Source: Xylographa opegraphella (lineage: Eukaryota). Taken from it: a stretch of DNA of 64,000 bases. Made by a program: the position numbers and the translations under genes. The notes below the pieces were generated by a model, which was not told the origin of the DNA, searched no databases, and saw nothing but the letters and a program-made list of their open reading frames with translations. The stretch is from positions 62,001-126,000 of the forward strand of contig JALDZX010000037.1 in the NCBI GenBank assembly GCA_022813865.1, written 5' to 3'. This document shows positions 40,213-54,551 of the stretch, piece after piece. The first letter of the stretch is position 1; each line of letters begins with the position of its first letter.

Positions 40213-42242
40213 TCAGCGAGATAATGCATTCCATGCCACTTCAAGTCTCCTCAATTTCGATACAGTTGCTCTCCCAGCTTTTACTCGATAACCAGGTTTG
40301 CGAAGTACCCGGCCAATCTCCATGTAGCTCTCTACTGCGACTCTCATGGGACCTCGAGCTTCAACGGGAAGTAATTCAATGGCGGCACGAGCTTGAAAAT
40401 ATATCTCCATAGCTTGGTCCAAAAGCTTCTGTCGCAGGACATTAGTGTCAGGAGTGTCGGGAGCTCCCACAATATCCTCAGGAACAAGTCCCCGCTCTTT
40501 CAGCCACGTAGTTGGTAAATAGACACGAGATATTTGAGCGTCCACCTTGATGTCGCGTGCAATATTAACATACTGAAGGGCAATGCCCATTTGACCACCA
40601 GCGTGCACTATGTTTCGTCGCTCAGCTTTGTCGGTAAGCGTACTTGTATGGTGATAGACAAGCTCAATGCAAGCTTCGGCCACCGTTCCTGCAACTCTCG
40701 ATGCATATTTCTGGAGCGAGGATTCATCCGCAATAGGGAATGAATTTTCGCCAGATGAAAAATCGAGGTCCATTTCAAAGCCTTTCAGGAGGTCGTAGAG
40801 AGGTTGAGACGAAAGATAGGAGGTGGGTAGCAATATGAGCGCAGCTTGAGCAGAAGGAGGGAAGGTCGCCTTGACAAATCCTTCCATGGAACATGAATCT
40901 TGCTTGTTGTCCTTGAAGTATGCATAATCTAGGTACTGATTTAATTGCGAGATCCAATGCTTGGCCTCATGAACTGAACCTGCATTATCGACTAGATCAT
41001 CAGCCACGCGACAAAAGGAGTACCTGTTCTATAGTTAGTCCTGAGTCTTAAGCGTATTTAAACTAGTAGGATACAAACAGCAGGACCAGATCAATCCTCA
41101 AACGACCTTGGAAGACTCCACTTGCCAGGTAGAAGCTGCGACTCTTTCTCCGTAATCGCTCAAGCGCTTCTTTAAGTCCTTCTATCCGCTGTTCATCATA
41201 TTGAGCGATTGGTATAAGCAAGCCCTGGACTAGCATTACTGGTGACGGCAACGTCGGCACATTAGGAAACATCAGTGCGAAAGTCTGGAGTATCGCCAGA
41301 GCATTGTCGAATGCCACAAGTCCGAAAACAATAAGCAGGTTTGTAGCCAGGAAAAAGACTGCCTCCCTACAATTATATAAGGATTTTATCCGAAAGAGAA
41401 CGAATTACATGACTTACTCGATTTCAAGACCATCCCAGAGGTGCCAACCAAGTTTGGTGCCCGACTCAATGACCCAGGTACCTCGCTTCAGTGCCAGTGT
41501 ATCCACGATCCACAAGTAGAGAGTCGGTGCCGTAATAGGTAAAATCGTGTTTGTCCATGGTAGACCCAGCAGGAATTGGTATGCAAGTGTCCTGCACAAA
41601 GTTAGAAATGAAGCAGCATTGACAGCACGAAGCAAATACCAGAGAAGTAAAACGAACGGTCCCGCCCAGACAAGGATTAACCCCAAGTAGAATCCTTCGC
41701 CCTTCTTTGCGACGAGATTCACTCCACTCAAAATGCCAACTATCAGAATTGCCTGGCCGAGCCATCTCCATTTGCGCAAAGCACGTCCACCATTCACAGA
41801 TTCTCCACACAGATACACTGGATGAAAGGTCGGCGTACTGAATATTAGGTAGAGCAGCGATGTATTGTAGGTCTGTATAACAAAGAAGAAGATCTCCTCC
41901 GCCGGTATGCTAAAGAGCGTGGGCCCAATGATAGCATTGGTGGGATACGTCCAAACGCGGTTATGTATTAAATAGGAATCCCATGGTGTCGTCGCGACCA
42001 CGGCGATCTAGTACCACATTAGATAATCGATATTTCATTTTCAGTGGGCTGCCATAAGAGGACTCACGATGATTAGAAAGAGAATTTTGTACACATCGAG
42101 TCGAGTGAGAAAAGGTCGATACAAGAGTGTCAGGGCTATCGCCGGCGGTATTGTGTAGAATAAGTGGCTATTGCAATATCAGTATCCACAAGCCATTCTT
42201 GCAACACCATGTTGCTTACACCAATGCATAATCAAAGCCCAT
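40213..42242 (-). CDS. carRA: Bifunctional lycopene cyclase / phytoene synthase (al-2 orthologue)
   Basis: [56 protein letters not shown] (cyclase), then [36 protein letters not shown] (synthase). About five introns. Confidence 0.96.
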
Positions 42243-42915
42243 TGCTGTTCGTTTCAGGATGTAAATGAGACTATAGTGGGCATGGTCTCGCTATATTCGA
42301 TGTACTTGTACCATTACCAGTGACAACGAGTGAGTCTTGCGATCTGCTTGAGCTGGAAATGTCGGATGCCCTTCCAGAACGTGATAGATAATAGATACTG
42401 GAGTTAAAGGGCCTGGACAACACGGCGGATGCCCGTTCCCCTCACGAGTCACGACGATGCCTTGGAGTAGAGTACCGTAGTACATGGGCTAAGGTAGCGT
42501 GCTTGGGCTAAAGCGGCAAGAATGAATCGAGGTTCGAAATTCTATGACGTTATTACGTCACTTGTGTGTCAAAGCGGCAAGCTCGATCCCGATTGCCTCG
42601 GATGGTGCAGGGGTAGCTTGGCGGCACTAGGATTTTGCATGCATCGAACTCCACTTCTTAAGTCCTCACGCGCCCTGTTCGAGCCTGTTTCCGCAGGCTG
42701 AGCCGGAGGGGCTAAGCGAGAAGGGATCCCTGCACGGTTCGGTGACGATATGGATGATTCTTCATGGATACTCGACTCTCACATGTCCGTGGATTTGCAT
42801 GGCGTTTCTGTATGGCTTTTGTTGCCACAGGCATATTCGCTCCTACACAGCAGCATTCACAAGAGTGTGAAGCTGCCTCAGTGGAGACAGAGTACAGTGG
42901 AGGTCACTTGGAAAA
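42243..42915. promoter_or_regulatory. Bidirectional carRA/carX promoter with CRE-like and light-response-like motifs
   Basis: Inverted repeat TGACGT-TATT-ACGTCA (42545-42560), CGATCCCGATT (~42585-42595), AAAGCGGCAAG twice (~42510, ~42571) and GGGCTAA three times. Confidence 0.55.
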
Positions 42916-44988
42916 ATGGATGTTGCGGATGAGCAGGGGAAGGATCGAAAACATGTCCACCCGTGAGTCCAGCAAATACTGGCGGAGAGACACATTCACT
43001 AACGCCCCATATTGCAGATACCTGACGGGCAATTTTGCTCCAATTCAAAAGACACGACCCCTCACGCCATGTACCTACACAGGACGCATACCACATGAGT
43101 TTGCTGGCGGGCAGTACGTTCGAAATGGAGGGAATCCGGTGACAAATGAGGTGCTCGGTCGTGATGCGCACTGGTTCGACGGCGATGGAATGTTAAGTGG
43201 TGTCTCCTTCCGCAAGACTGGTGATGGAGGTACCCACGTTCAGCCAGAGTTCGTCAATCAGTATGTCCTGACGGATGTCTACCTCTCTTCGAAGACTTCG
43301 AAATACTTGACGACTCCAATACTACCGAGTATAGCAACACTTGTCAACCCTCTGAGCTCACTAGTAAGGATAACGCTACGCATATTCAGAACCCTGCTTC
43401 TGGTCCTTCTCTCTCATTTACCGGGATCCCAGCAGGCTATCAAGAAAATCAGCGTCGCCAACACCGCAATACTGTATCACGACGGCCGAGCTCTGGCAAC
43501 GTGTGAGAGCGGTCCGCCAATGCGAATTGCCCTTCCAGGCCTGGAGACCGTTGGTTGGTACAATGGCAAAAGAGCGGAAGGAGAAAGCGCTAGTGAAGCT
43601 GGGTCTGGTTTTGGAGGAGACGGCATTCTAGGTTTTATGAAGGAATGGACGACAGCCCATGTATGTTATGACCGATCTTCAAGGAGGGAGACTCTGTACT
43701 TACAATCATCTAGCCAAGGGTGGATCCTGTCACATCTGAGCTCATATCGTTCCACTCCACGTTTGCTCCGCCTTATATACACTATTCAATTATTCCAGCG
43801 ACACAAAACCGTTACACCAAACCGGCCCTATTGGAACCTGTTCGGCTACTTACCGCACCAGTTGCAGGTATTTCCTCCGCCAAAATGATGCACGATTTCG
43901 GAGTTTCTCGACATCATACTATAATAATGGACTTGCCACTGTCTCTAGATCCTCTGAACTTAGCAAAGAACAAACCAGTCGTGTCCTACGATCCCACGGC
44001 GCGATCACGCTTTGGGGTCTTTCCTCGCTATCAACCAGACAATGTCCGCTGGTTTGAGACGAATCCATGCTGTATTTTCCACACCGCGAACTCTTGGGAG
44101 TCAAAGGAGCCGAAGTCGATAGATGGTAACCAAATTACCTTGGTGAACATGCTAGCGTGTCGGCTCACATCTGCCTCCTTGGTTTTCAGTGCTGGAGACA
44201 TCGCCGCCCCCATTCCATGTGCAGACATTCCAATCGAAAACCGGGAGACCGACCAATGCCGACTCTACTATTATCAGTTCCCCCTTGATGCAAATACAAC
44301 GTTGATTCGCCATCAATGGGCACTATCAGCTGTTCCGTTCGAATTTCCCTCTTTGCGTGAGTCCAAGTCCATGACTGCTGCAAAGTTCATATATGGATGT
44401 TCGGTCTCGGACTCTTCTTTCGGAGCTGCTCTCGGACGTGCAGTCAAAATTGACTCCTTGGTCAAGATGAATGTTGAGGAACTAATTTCTCGAGGGCTTC
44501 GAAGCCCTCCTGTACAAATCAAGGGTTGTGTTGATGGCCGAAGTGTCGCGGAAATACTTGCAAGTGGAGAGAAGGACGATCCCATCAGAATTTTTAAAAT
44601 GCCACCTGGATGGTATGCCCAAGAACCGCGCTTCATCCCTAGAAATGCTGGGACTAGCGAGGACGACGGCTGGCTGGTCAGCTACGTTTTCGACGAGAGT
44701 CAACTTGACTCGAACGGGGAATGCAGACTAAGTGCGAAAAGCCAACTTTGGATCATAGATGCAAAGAACATGACAGACATTGTGGCAAAGATCGAGTTGC
44801 CACAAAGAGTTCCATATGGACTCCATGGAAGCTGGTTCCCCGAAGATGAAATCACCAATCAGAGACCAGTGGATTGCTTCAGAAGTCTGCCCCAAGTGAA
44901 GACAGTGGCGATCCCAGCTTCTAAAGTTTCATACGGGGAAAAGCTTTGGATGGGACTAAGGAAGAGCATTGAGCGGTTTCTGAGTTAA
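42916..44988 (+). CDS. carX: Carotenoid cleavage oxygenase, retinal-forming CarX type (RPE65 family)
   Basis: MDVADEQG..HVHP|YLTGNFAP, GQYVRNGGNP, HWFDGDGM, SVANT, WTTAH|P, MMHDFG, IFHTAN, EFP, EPRF, PYGLHG: four iron-ligand His. Introns ~42963-43017 and ~43661-43712. Start codon uncertain. Confidence 0.92.
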
Positions 44989-45097
44989 CCTTGATTATGG
45001 CGTTCAAAGCATTCCAAAAAAGGCATAGCAGGGAGTTTTGTCACTCAACGGTGTCAGGATTGTGCTTTCGACAAGTATAAGTTGTCGGTTCAATGGA

Positions 45098-45230
45098 GAC
45101 GGAAATTGGAAGGGGAATTGGAAAGGGGAATTGGAAAGGGGAATTGGGAACGGAATGATAACGGAAATGAAGACGGAAATGGATACGCAATGGATCCGGA
45201 AATGGATCCGGAAATTGTATAACTGGAAAG
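45098..45230. repeat. Degenerate 12-13 bp purine-rich minisatellite
   Basis: GGAAATTGGAAG, GGGAATTGGAAAG twice, then CGGAAATGAAGA, CGGAAATGGATA, CGGAAATGGATC: about 10 diverging units. Confidence 0.75.
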
Positions 45231-45615
45231 CGCAGAATGGTATAGGACCTGATGTGTCTAACCTGGAGACCATTCAGTAAGTATTGTCACTATGAATGGG
45301 TGGATATGCACAACAAGATTGATCCTGCAGAGTGGTCAATTGTTTCCTGAATAATAATAATACAAATCACGCAGAGAATTTGTGAAGACAATAACATGCA
45401 ATAAGCTCGTGAGTGAATTTTCATTAGGACGCTGAAATCATGAGATGACAAAGACTCATTTGTTCGAGGGCCCCATTTCCTATATAATTTATCACTGCTA
45501 AGCCTGTCCTGTTCGACCTTACGTCTTTGATATCTCGTCGATTTGGTTTTCTTCCAGTGCACTTCTCGAGTTATATTTGATCAGAAAAACATCCTATAAT
45601 CAAGATCGCCTCAAC

Positions 45616-46240
45616 ATGCAAACGAAAAGCATTTTCCAAGTCGTTCTGGCTCTGGTCTTGACAGTCTGCTCTGCAGCTCCGCTCATGCTTGTGCCTGTTG
45701 ATGGCACCGTGCAGCCTACAGGAGTTCTCAAGTCTCGTCAGTTACAGTCTGGAAAGACCCCAGGCGTAGGTCTTGCGAAGAGACAAGATGCCGAAAGTTC
45801 GTAGCAGTCAATGCACGTCCTACTAAGCTAACACGACGATTTCAGACTCGACCTCATCGGCCCCATCACTGGTATCGGCCACTCCACTCGAATCTCAATC
45901 GATCAGCTTGCCAGCTACCCCAGTGTACAACGTCTCGCCGGTAGCTACTACGTCAATCGAAGAGATCGAAAGCATGGGGGACCCGCCGTTCCGCCGCAGC
46001 AATCTCGCGTCCGTCGTCGCCTTGAATATTCCCGCGCTGATCAATCTTAAGACTGAACCAGGGCCTCTTGGCTACAAGGTGTTTGCTGAGGGTGTCCGTC
46101 AAGGTCTTGCTCACAGCAAACGTGAATTGGAACACTTCCTCCCCAGAGATGTGGACAGTGATGACGGCATGGAGGTTGTTGAGCGTAGAGGCCGCCGGTA
46201 TGACTGTATGAGGAAGTATGGCTCTAATGCAATGCGGTGA
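45616..46240 (+). CDS. Small secreted protein (~190 aa) with signal peptide and multiple dibasic sites
   Basis: Signal MQTKSIFQVVLALVLTVCSA-AP. Intron 45797-45845 (GTTCGT..CTAAC..TTCAG) joins ORF 45577 in frame to ORF 45908. Confidence 0.7.
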
Positions 46241-47394
46241 GAATGCGGAAGACTCATGCTCGATGGTTGTGCGGCGGTCGAGGATTATATGCATTGCTTT
46301 CAGAAGGTTGCTACTTGAGCATACTTGAACATTATGGATCCTTGATAGTTTGCTCTCCTCAGTGTCGAATGACTCATGGCTTGTGATATCTTGACCTTTT
46401 GTGGTTTGGTTATCCCTTCTACCGAGTTATCTTGGATTTGGCTAATTTTGGGGCAAGGTGCAAATGTCTCGTTGCTCTTACCATACCTCACCTTGTCAGC
46501 GCTATCCCCTGGTAAACGAATTGAAGTCAGCTGGCGAATCAGATGATACGTCAGAACTCTACCTCTTAGCTTTTTCACATTGCAGCATTTCATTTCCCGC
46601 GAACCTTCATACAAAGGTTGCTTCAGACATGTCACGTGATCAGAAACCCCCTAAAGCACGCTCCTATGTACAAATCGGATATTAATCTTAACGTTGCGAG
46701 GCGGTAATTGAAGTGAATACAGGAGACGAATGCAGGTAGACGGCTACTGTAGTGCAGCGGACTCAAATGAGGCCATAGTAACATCTTTCTGCTGGAAATC
46801 GACAATCTGCCATTTGTCCACACGTACTCCTTTGAACAACGCAATTATACCACTGTATTGTAAAGCCTGTCGTAGCTGCTAGTAACAGATCTTCGCCGGG
46901 TCATGGAGCTTACTTAAGGATTTCAACGCGGACTGTTCTCCAAGAAGAGGTTCAGAAGTGTTCGTAATCTTCCTATCCAAGTTTCGTCCACCACACTCAT
47001 CTAGTGCTCCCAGCCGACAGAGGCCATTGCTGCAAGGGAATCACGGTCAGACTTCCAGCTTTGGAATTGATAGTGCACGTAGCACTCCGGAGTAGATCAT
47101 GAAATTCGGAACCAGTGAATGTTGTTTGCAATTTGATGCGCATCTAGACACCTGTCTTCACATATGCTCTCTTTCACATGGGCTGTTCATTCAACTATGT
47201 CCGAAACATATTCACATCTTTGAGCCCCCACAGTCGACTCAATCTATAGCTTCTATTCTTCTCTTGTGTCTACACTGCATCCACAAACTGTTTTGCAAGC
47301 CCTAATTGGACCTCCATCCATTCTAACGTCTTCGTTTCACACCTCTTAATTACGCCATCTGTTGATATTCGTGTTGAGACGAGTCAAGCTTACG

Positions 47395-48904
47395 ATGATT
47401 TCCCTGCAAGGCGTAACTATTACCTTACTTACAGGTCCCGGAAAGGCCGAGTTCGAATGTTTTGAGCCCACTCACATTCATCGTGGTACTGAAGTAGTGC
47501 GGGCTGAGCTCAACGCCACGATCTGTCCCCACATCCATATCGATGCAGACTTTGATTGGTATGGAGCAGATTTCTTGTGCGTCACGGCTTATTATGGTAC
47601 GAATATTCCAATGAAGTCCCGCCGAATCCCAAAGCCAGCAGTAAGATCAAACGTTGAAATAGACTTGGATTCATGGATGGTATGGGATGCAAGGCGATTT
47701 GAGTGGCGCGAGGCCACTTTCAAATTCTGCGATCTAGAAGTAAGTTTGGCACGTGCGCTCGATGCATAAACTCAAGAGTGTATAGTATACTCGAGAACCT
47801 TCTGAACGTTACACCAGCTCTAGAAGACTCAGCATTGGCACGATATGCATCAGCTTGCAGAGAATGACTCTGGGTGATAAGTCAGCTAAATATATGTGGC
47901 CAGAGAGGAAATTCGAACCCTTATTGAAAATTGCGTCAAATGTCCTTGTTCCAGATGGGATCCATCATGCTATAAGGTGAAGTCATTATTGTCATATTCC
48001 CTTAAGTGTTGGTTGCTAATTCTTGTAGCATCGCAAAATCGGTGAAGGTCGACAAGTCTGAGCTGTTTGACATAGGATCGGAGACACGGTTGGAAGGACT
48101 GAGCGGTAACTTTTTCAACTTTAGATTCAGTTATCGTTCTGAATGTATGTCAGCCAATTTGAACTTGGTAGCAACGGATTCCTGACTAATTTGTATATCA
48201 TAAAGCATACCTCCAGAGTCAATCCTCAGAGCGTTTGAATCCGGCTGGCTACCTTACAGATGATACGCAAAGTTTGCAGGTGGCGCCGGAGTCAATAAAA
48301 TCAAGCACGGAGCCGGAGCCACTCGGCCGTGGGCATCGTCGGAAGGTCAGGAAATTTTATAGTGATGAACTAGGCGGAGCAGACGCAGCTCACTTAAAAA
48401 GTGCTGTACGGAATCGGAAGCACAACCGCTCGGAATCCGATTTAGTACCGACCCTCATGCCTGGACAAGAAGTATCGTATCCTCTGATGTTTAACGAAGA
48501 TCCCCGAGATCGAAGCTCAAGTCTTGTAAGCTCAATTGCTTCTCTTCTCGCACTGCAATAGTGACTGCGTTATATAGGAGCTTGAAGTTCGCCTTGCAAC
48601 ACCCGTGGCAAGCTCATCCAATGATAGCCGCAGGCGACAGGTTCCTCCCGTCCCTAAGTTTCTTACTATCCCCGTGACAAGAGCCGAACGAATACAAGAA
48701 CTGAAGGTTGTTTAACCTGGCGTGAAATTTTCTTGCCACTATTAATACTGTGCATTAGGAAGAAGAATATGCCATTGATGAGATGATTCTGCAACGGCTC
48801 CTGGTATGTGACCCACTGACTGCTTCAAGATAGATGAATAACATTCAGGACAGAACAAAAAAGCTAAGCTCAATCATGAAAGAGAACAGCTGGAAGCACT
48901 ATGA
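47395..48904 (+). CDS. Multi-exon hypothetical protein, resembles fungal DUF7918-like family
   Basis: MISLQGVTITL..EFECFE..FKFCDLE|..IGTICISLQR..|..FNFRFSYRS, then a disordered region and short coiled-coil exons. Several clean GT..CTAAY..AG introns. Family assignment is from memory. Confidence 0.55.
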
Positions 48905-49859
48905 TCCATTGAGTCGTTGAAGATTCTGATACCTGCTATGAAGAACCCACTTTCTCTACGAATCCCGAGAGTTGTAGCGATAGCAGGATATATGTGGAGA
49001 TGCTTTTTTGGAAATGGACTTCGGTCAAGAGGCCGAGAGGATCAACATACGCTCCCTGAAGCCCACTGCTAGCGACATTGGCAATTGTTCTACCAGCACA
49101 CTTTGAATATCTCGCAGATGTGTCTCCTTTGATGTTGGTCTTGAGTTGGCGAGTCTGGAAATGCAAGAGAAAAGGTACATTAAAGGATGAGGCGTGGTGA
49201 ACAGATGATAACTATCTAAGCACATCATAGAGGTCCCAACCATAGCTAGATACAACCACTTGAGGATGGAAATCTACAGAGCTTCTTTAGTTGAACACCA
49301 GTCTGTGACGTAGCTGGTGATGACTTTAAATCCCGCTGTTCGGCTTATGTGATTAAGAATGCCACGACATTGCAGATATGATGCAGTGCAATAGGGTGTA
49401 AGTTAACCTTTCAAAGTCATTTATCAAAGAAAGGATATTGGTATGGAGACGAGATATATCAGGATCTTTGGTGCTATAGCAGGTTTGCCGACGAAAGCCG
49501 CCATAAATTTATGTAAGAATATAGGCATATAATCCTCTGTGTCAACAGGGTCTCAATATGGCCGTTGCGTCGTTCAGCCGAGGTAGCTGATGGCAGTAAA
49601 GGGGAGGTAGTCTCTCTGCTGGTGGTCTGCAAATACAATCTCGAAGGCTCCTGAAATCGCTTAACGGAGTAATCACGCTAAATTATACTCGGAACGCCAT
49701 ATAGTTCCTCCGGCGCCTAAATTGAAAGTTTGGAGCTGGGATTGGGTTGCATTAACGACTCTTCATGCCTAGCTACGAAGCAATGAGTCTCTGCGCCCTG
49801 GAGTTGTAGATATCGATGATGTATCGTGCCAAATTTGTCTATGCAATGTCAGTTTTTCT

Positions 49860-50226
49860 GTCAGATTAGATCAATAGCTTGCCTTTCCTCTCCCCTCGAG
49901 GCCTCCCGTGCAGCGGATGCCCAATCGCTATTATACCAATAAAAATATAATGAAGGCACAAGGAGTTCTTCCAGTTCTAGCCACGACTCTTACGTCCTTA
50001 TATCTTGCTTTATAAAACTAGAAAGAATCAAAGACATACGCGTCAAGATCATGAATGTCTGAACAGATAGGAGACTCGGAGACGCGGTCTGGTCCTCGTG
50101 TAAAATACACATCTGAGGGACATGGAAGTCTCCTAATATCTCATCTTCCTTTTATTGCTCTAAGACACTGTTTTCTGTGACGTCCGAGAATATTTGGCGT
50201 GACTTGCTGTTCTGCTGGGAGCCCAT
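49860..50226 (-). pseudogene. Possible decayed RRM-protein gene remnant
   Basis: CACC-ATG GGC start, in-frame stop, a truncated intron-like GTATGT..CTAG, then DVRVVARTGRTPCAFIIF (RNP1-like) and GHPLHGRP in a shifted frame. Confidence 0.25.
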
Positions 50227-51852
50227 GGTGCATGTACCACACTCACACTGCAATATCTGGAATTCCAAATCCCTTGAGATTCTCCGCTCTCGCAGTGGCT
50301 GATTTTATCGAATCAGTTAAGACGTCCCTCGAAGCCTGATTTTCTTTTCAAGGACATGATCTGGTGTGATTGGTTAGAGAGATGAAGCAGGAAATTCATG
50401 TAAATTCTGTGTGCAGAAATTACTAGCTTGCGCTTTATTACTCAAGAGGGTGCTCTGGGTAAACGCCCCGAGTTTCCAGCTATCAATCGAGTTGAGTATC
50501 TCAGTATGACGAAGACAGAGAAACAGGACAGGGCTTCGAAGGACGCTTGTGAAGGCTGCACTGCCTGTGGACTTTTTAACAAGGACGAAAATGAATCCTA
50601 GATCTGATCAGCGCCTTGCAGAAGAGCTGCACAATGGATCTGAACCAACAGTTCGTATTTCACTCCTTCTTTACCGCGATAGTAACCGTACATCGTGTGC
50701 TGACTGTCGAAGGAGGTCATCTCGGTGAGCAAATACAACATCGACCCCTGAGCTACAACCACGCTGTGCTACTGCTTCCGTGGCGTTCTCCTCCTCGTCC
50801 AGTTTCTCTGAACACTCCATTCGGTCTAATTATCAATCAGTATTTACCAGACGTGGAGGTTGTAGGGGTGCAACCTGTTATCGAGCAGTACCGAGTGTTC
50901 CTGAACGCTGCTTGCATTCTGATTATTAAGATATACTGTATGCTACTTCCAAGCGCATCCACCTCCTAGAATAAGAACAAACCATTTGATACCCGACTTC
51001 ACTGATATTGAGTTTGTCCTAGGCTCCAAGCTGGCATTTGTTTCCAGGGCCCAGCTATCCGTCTAAGCGAGAAATAGCAAAGCACCCACATTACTTTTCA
51101 ATCCTCCATCCTCTTCCACACAGCAGTCCTTAGACTTAGCCATCATCAACCAGCCAGTTCTTGGCCTACCGTACTGCCAGGATATTGACTTTTGTGTAAG
51201 GTCTCTGGCGCTGAGCTTTTCAAAGACTATCTGAGCAGCCTACGGTCTGACGAAGGTATCATCCGTACAAACATCCTTTATTGATTTATCACTATTCCAT
51301 GTGAACCTTCTTCCATCAAACAGACAGAATTATCACTGGTTCGGGATTGAGAGTGCAATGAGACTGCTGACAACGATATCACCCTTGCTTAGGTTTTTCA
51401 ACTCGCGTCACTTCTCGGTCGCACAACCTCAGAACTCAGGTCAGTCATCAAATAATCGAGCATCATCAGCCCCTCAACCAGCTAGATATCTCTTTTATCT
51501 CTTCTTAATAAGTATCTAACAGCTGTCTTAGCTCTGAATATAGATCCTCTTCAACTGAACCATCCGATCTCTACAAAAAGAACGAAAGTGAGTGAACAAG
51601 CAGTGTTCTTCTATCACACCGACAAATGCCCCAAATGCTCCAATATATCGTACTTCACCTGGTGTATACTATCGTACGAATGATTGACTGCTACCACTAC
51701 GTCTACTAATTATGCGTTGCGCATCTACTCATTATGTTAACCTTGCTTGATGGTACTGAAAACTATCGTTTCATTACTGTTACTCTACTGTCGGCACTAC
51801 CCTGAACAAAACTGACTTAAAGTGAGCTTAGAGAATTCAGAACCAATTAACA

Positions 51853-54058
<2,206 letters not shown>

Positions 54059-54551
54059 GCTACCTAATCTCACAATCTTCCTTGCGAGCGCATTTTCTCC
54101 TGGGAGCGGATGAGAACTGCGTTGAAAATATTCTCGGGGGATTGTAGGAGGTTCGTGACCAGGCTTGAGTACGGAGGTCTTGATTGAGGGGGAGGGAAGG
54201 AATATGTGGCATTAGATAGCAACACTTCAACAGGCTTCAAGTGCAATGCATTCAATTGCCCATAGCTCCACATGTATAGGTGGTTTCTGCGTATTGCTGG
54301 CGAGTGTTAAACTTTAGAGGCCTCGGATATGGCGCTACCAATTCTCCCCTTAAACCAGCACCACGATCACACTTCTCGCAACCCAGAACACTCGATTCTG
54401 CTCAAGTCTCGTTGTGTTGATCTCCAACTCCCAGAAACACTCAACCCTTGCACCTACTAACCAGTTCACACCTCGCAATCTGCTTTGACGTGCTCATAGC
54501 ACCTTAATTGCAAGACTGATAAACACAACAACAACAAAAGTAGGCCACAAA

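Noticed and set aside
42486..42545. GGTTCGAA T-loop-like motif suggesting a tRNA
   Set aside because: No acceptor-stem pairing, D-arm or anticodon arm could be built around it.
34092..44988. car cluster as a previously undescribed system or recent bacterial transfer
   Set aside because: Gene content and order match the characterised Fusarium cluster; the genes are fungal-type (fused cyclase/synthase) with multiple introns.
45098..45230. Repeat array as CRISPR, telomere or a coding ORF (45038-45280)
   Set aside because: No unique spacers, not TTAGGG, eukaryotic context. The ORF is a by-product of the repeat.
51255..51323. Back-to-back introns (AAG followed by GTATCA) as a stwintron or zero-length exon
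   Set aside because: The second donor is weak and there is no convincing branch point; unsupportable without RNA data.
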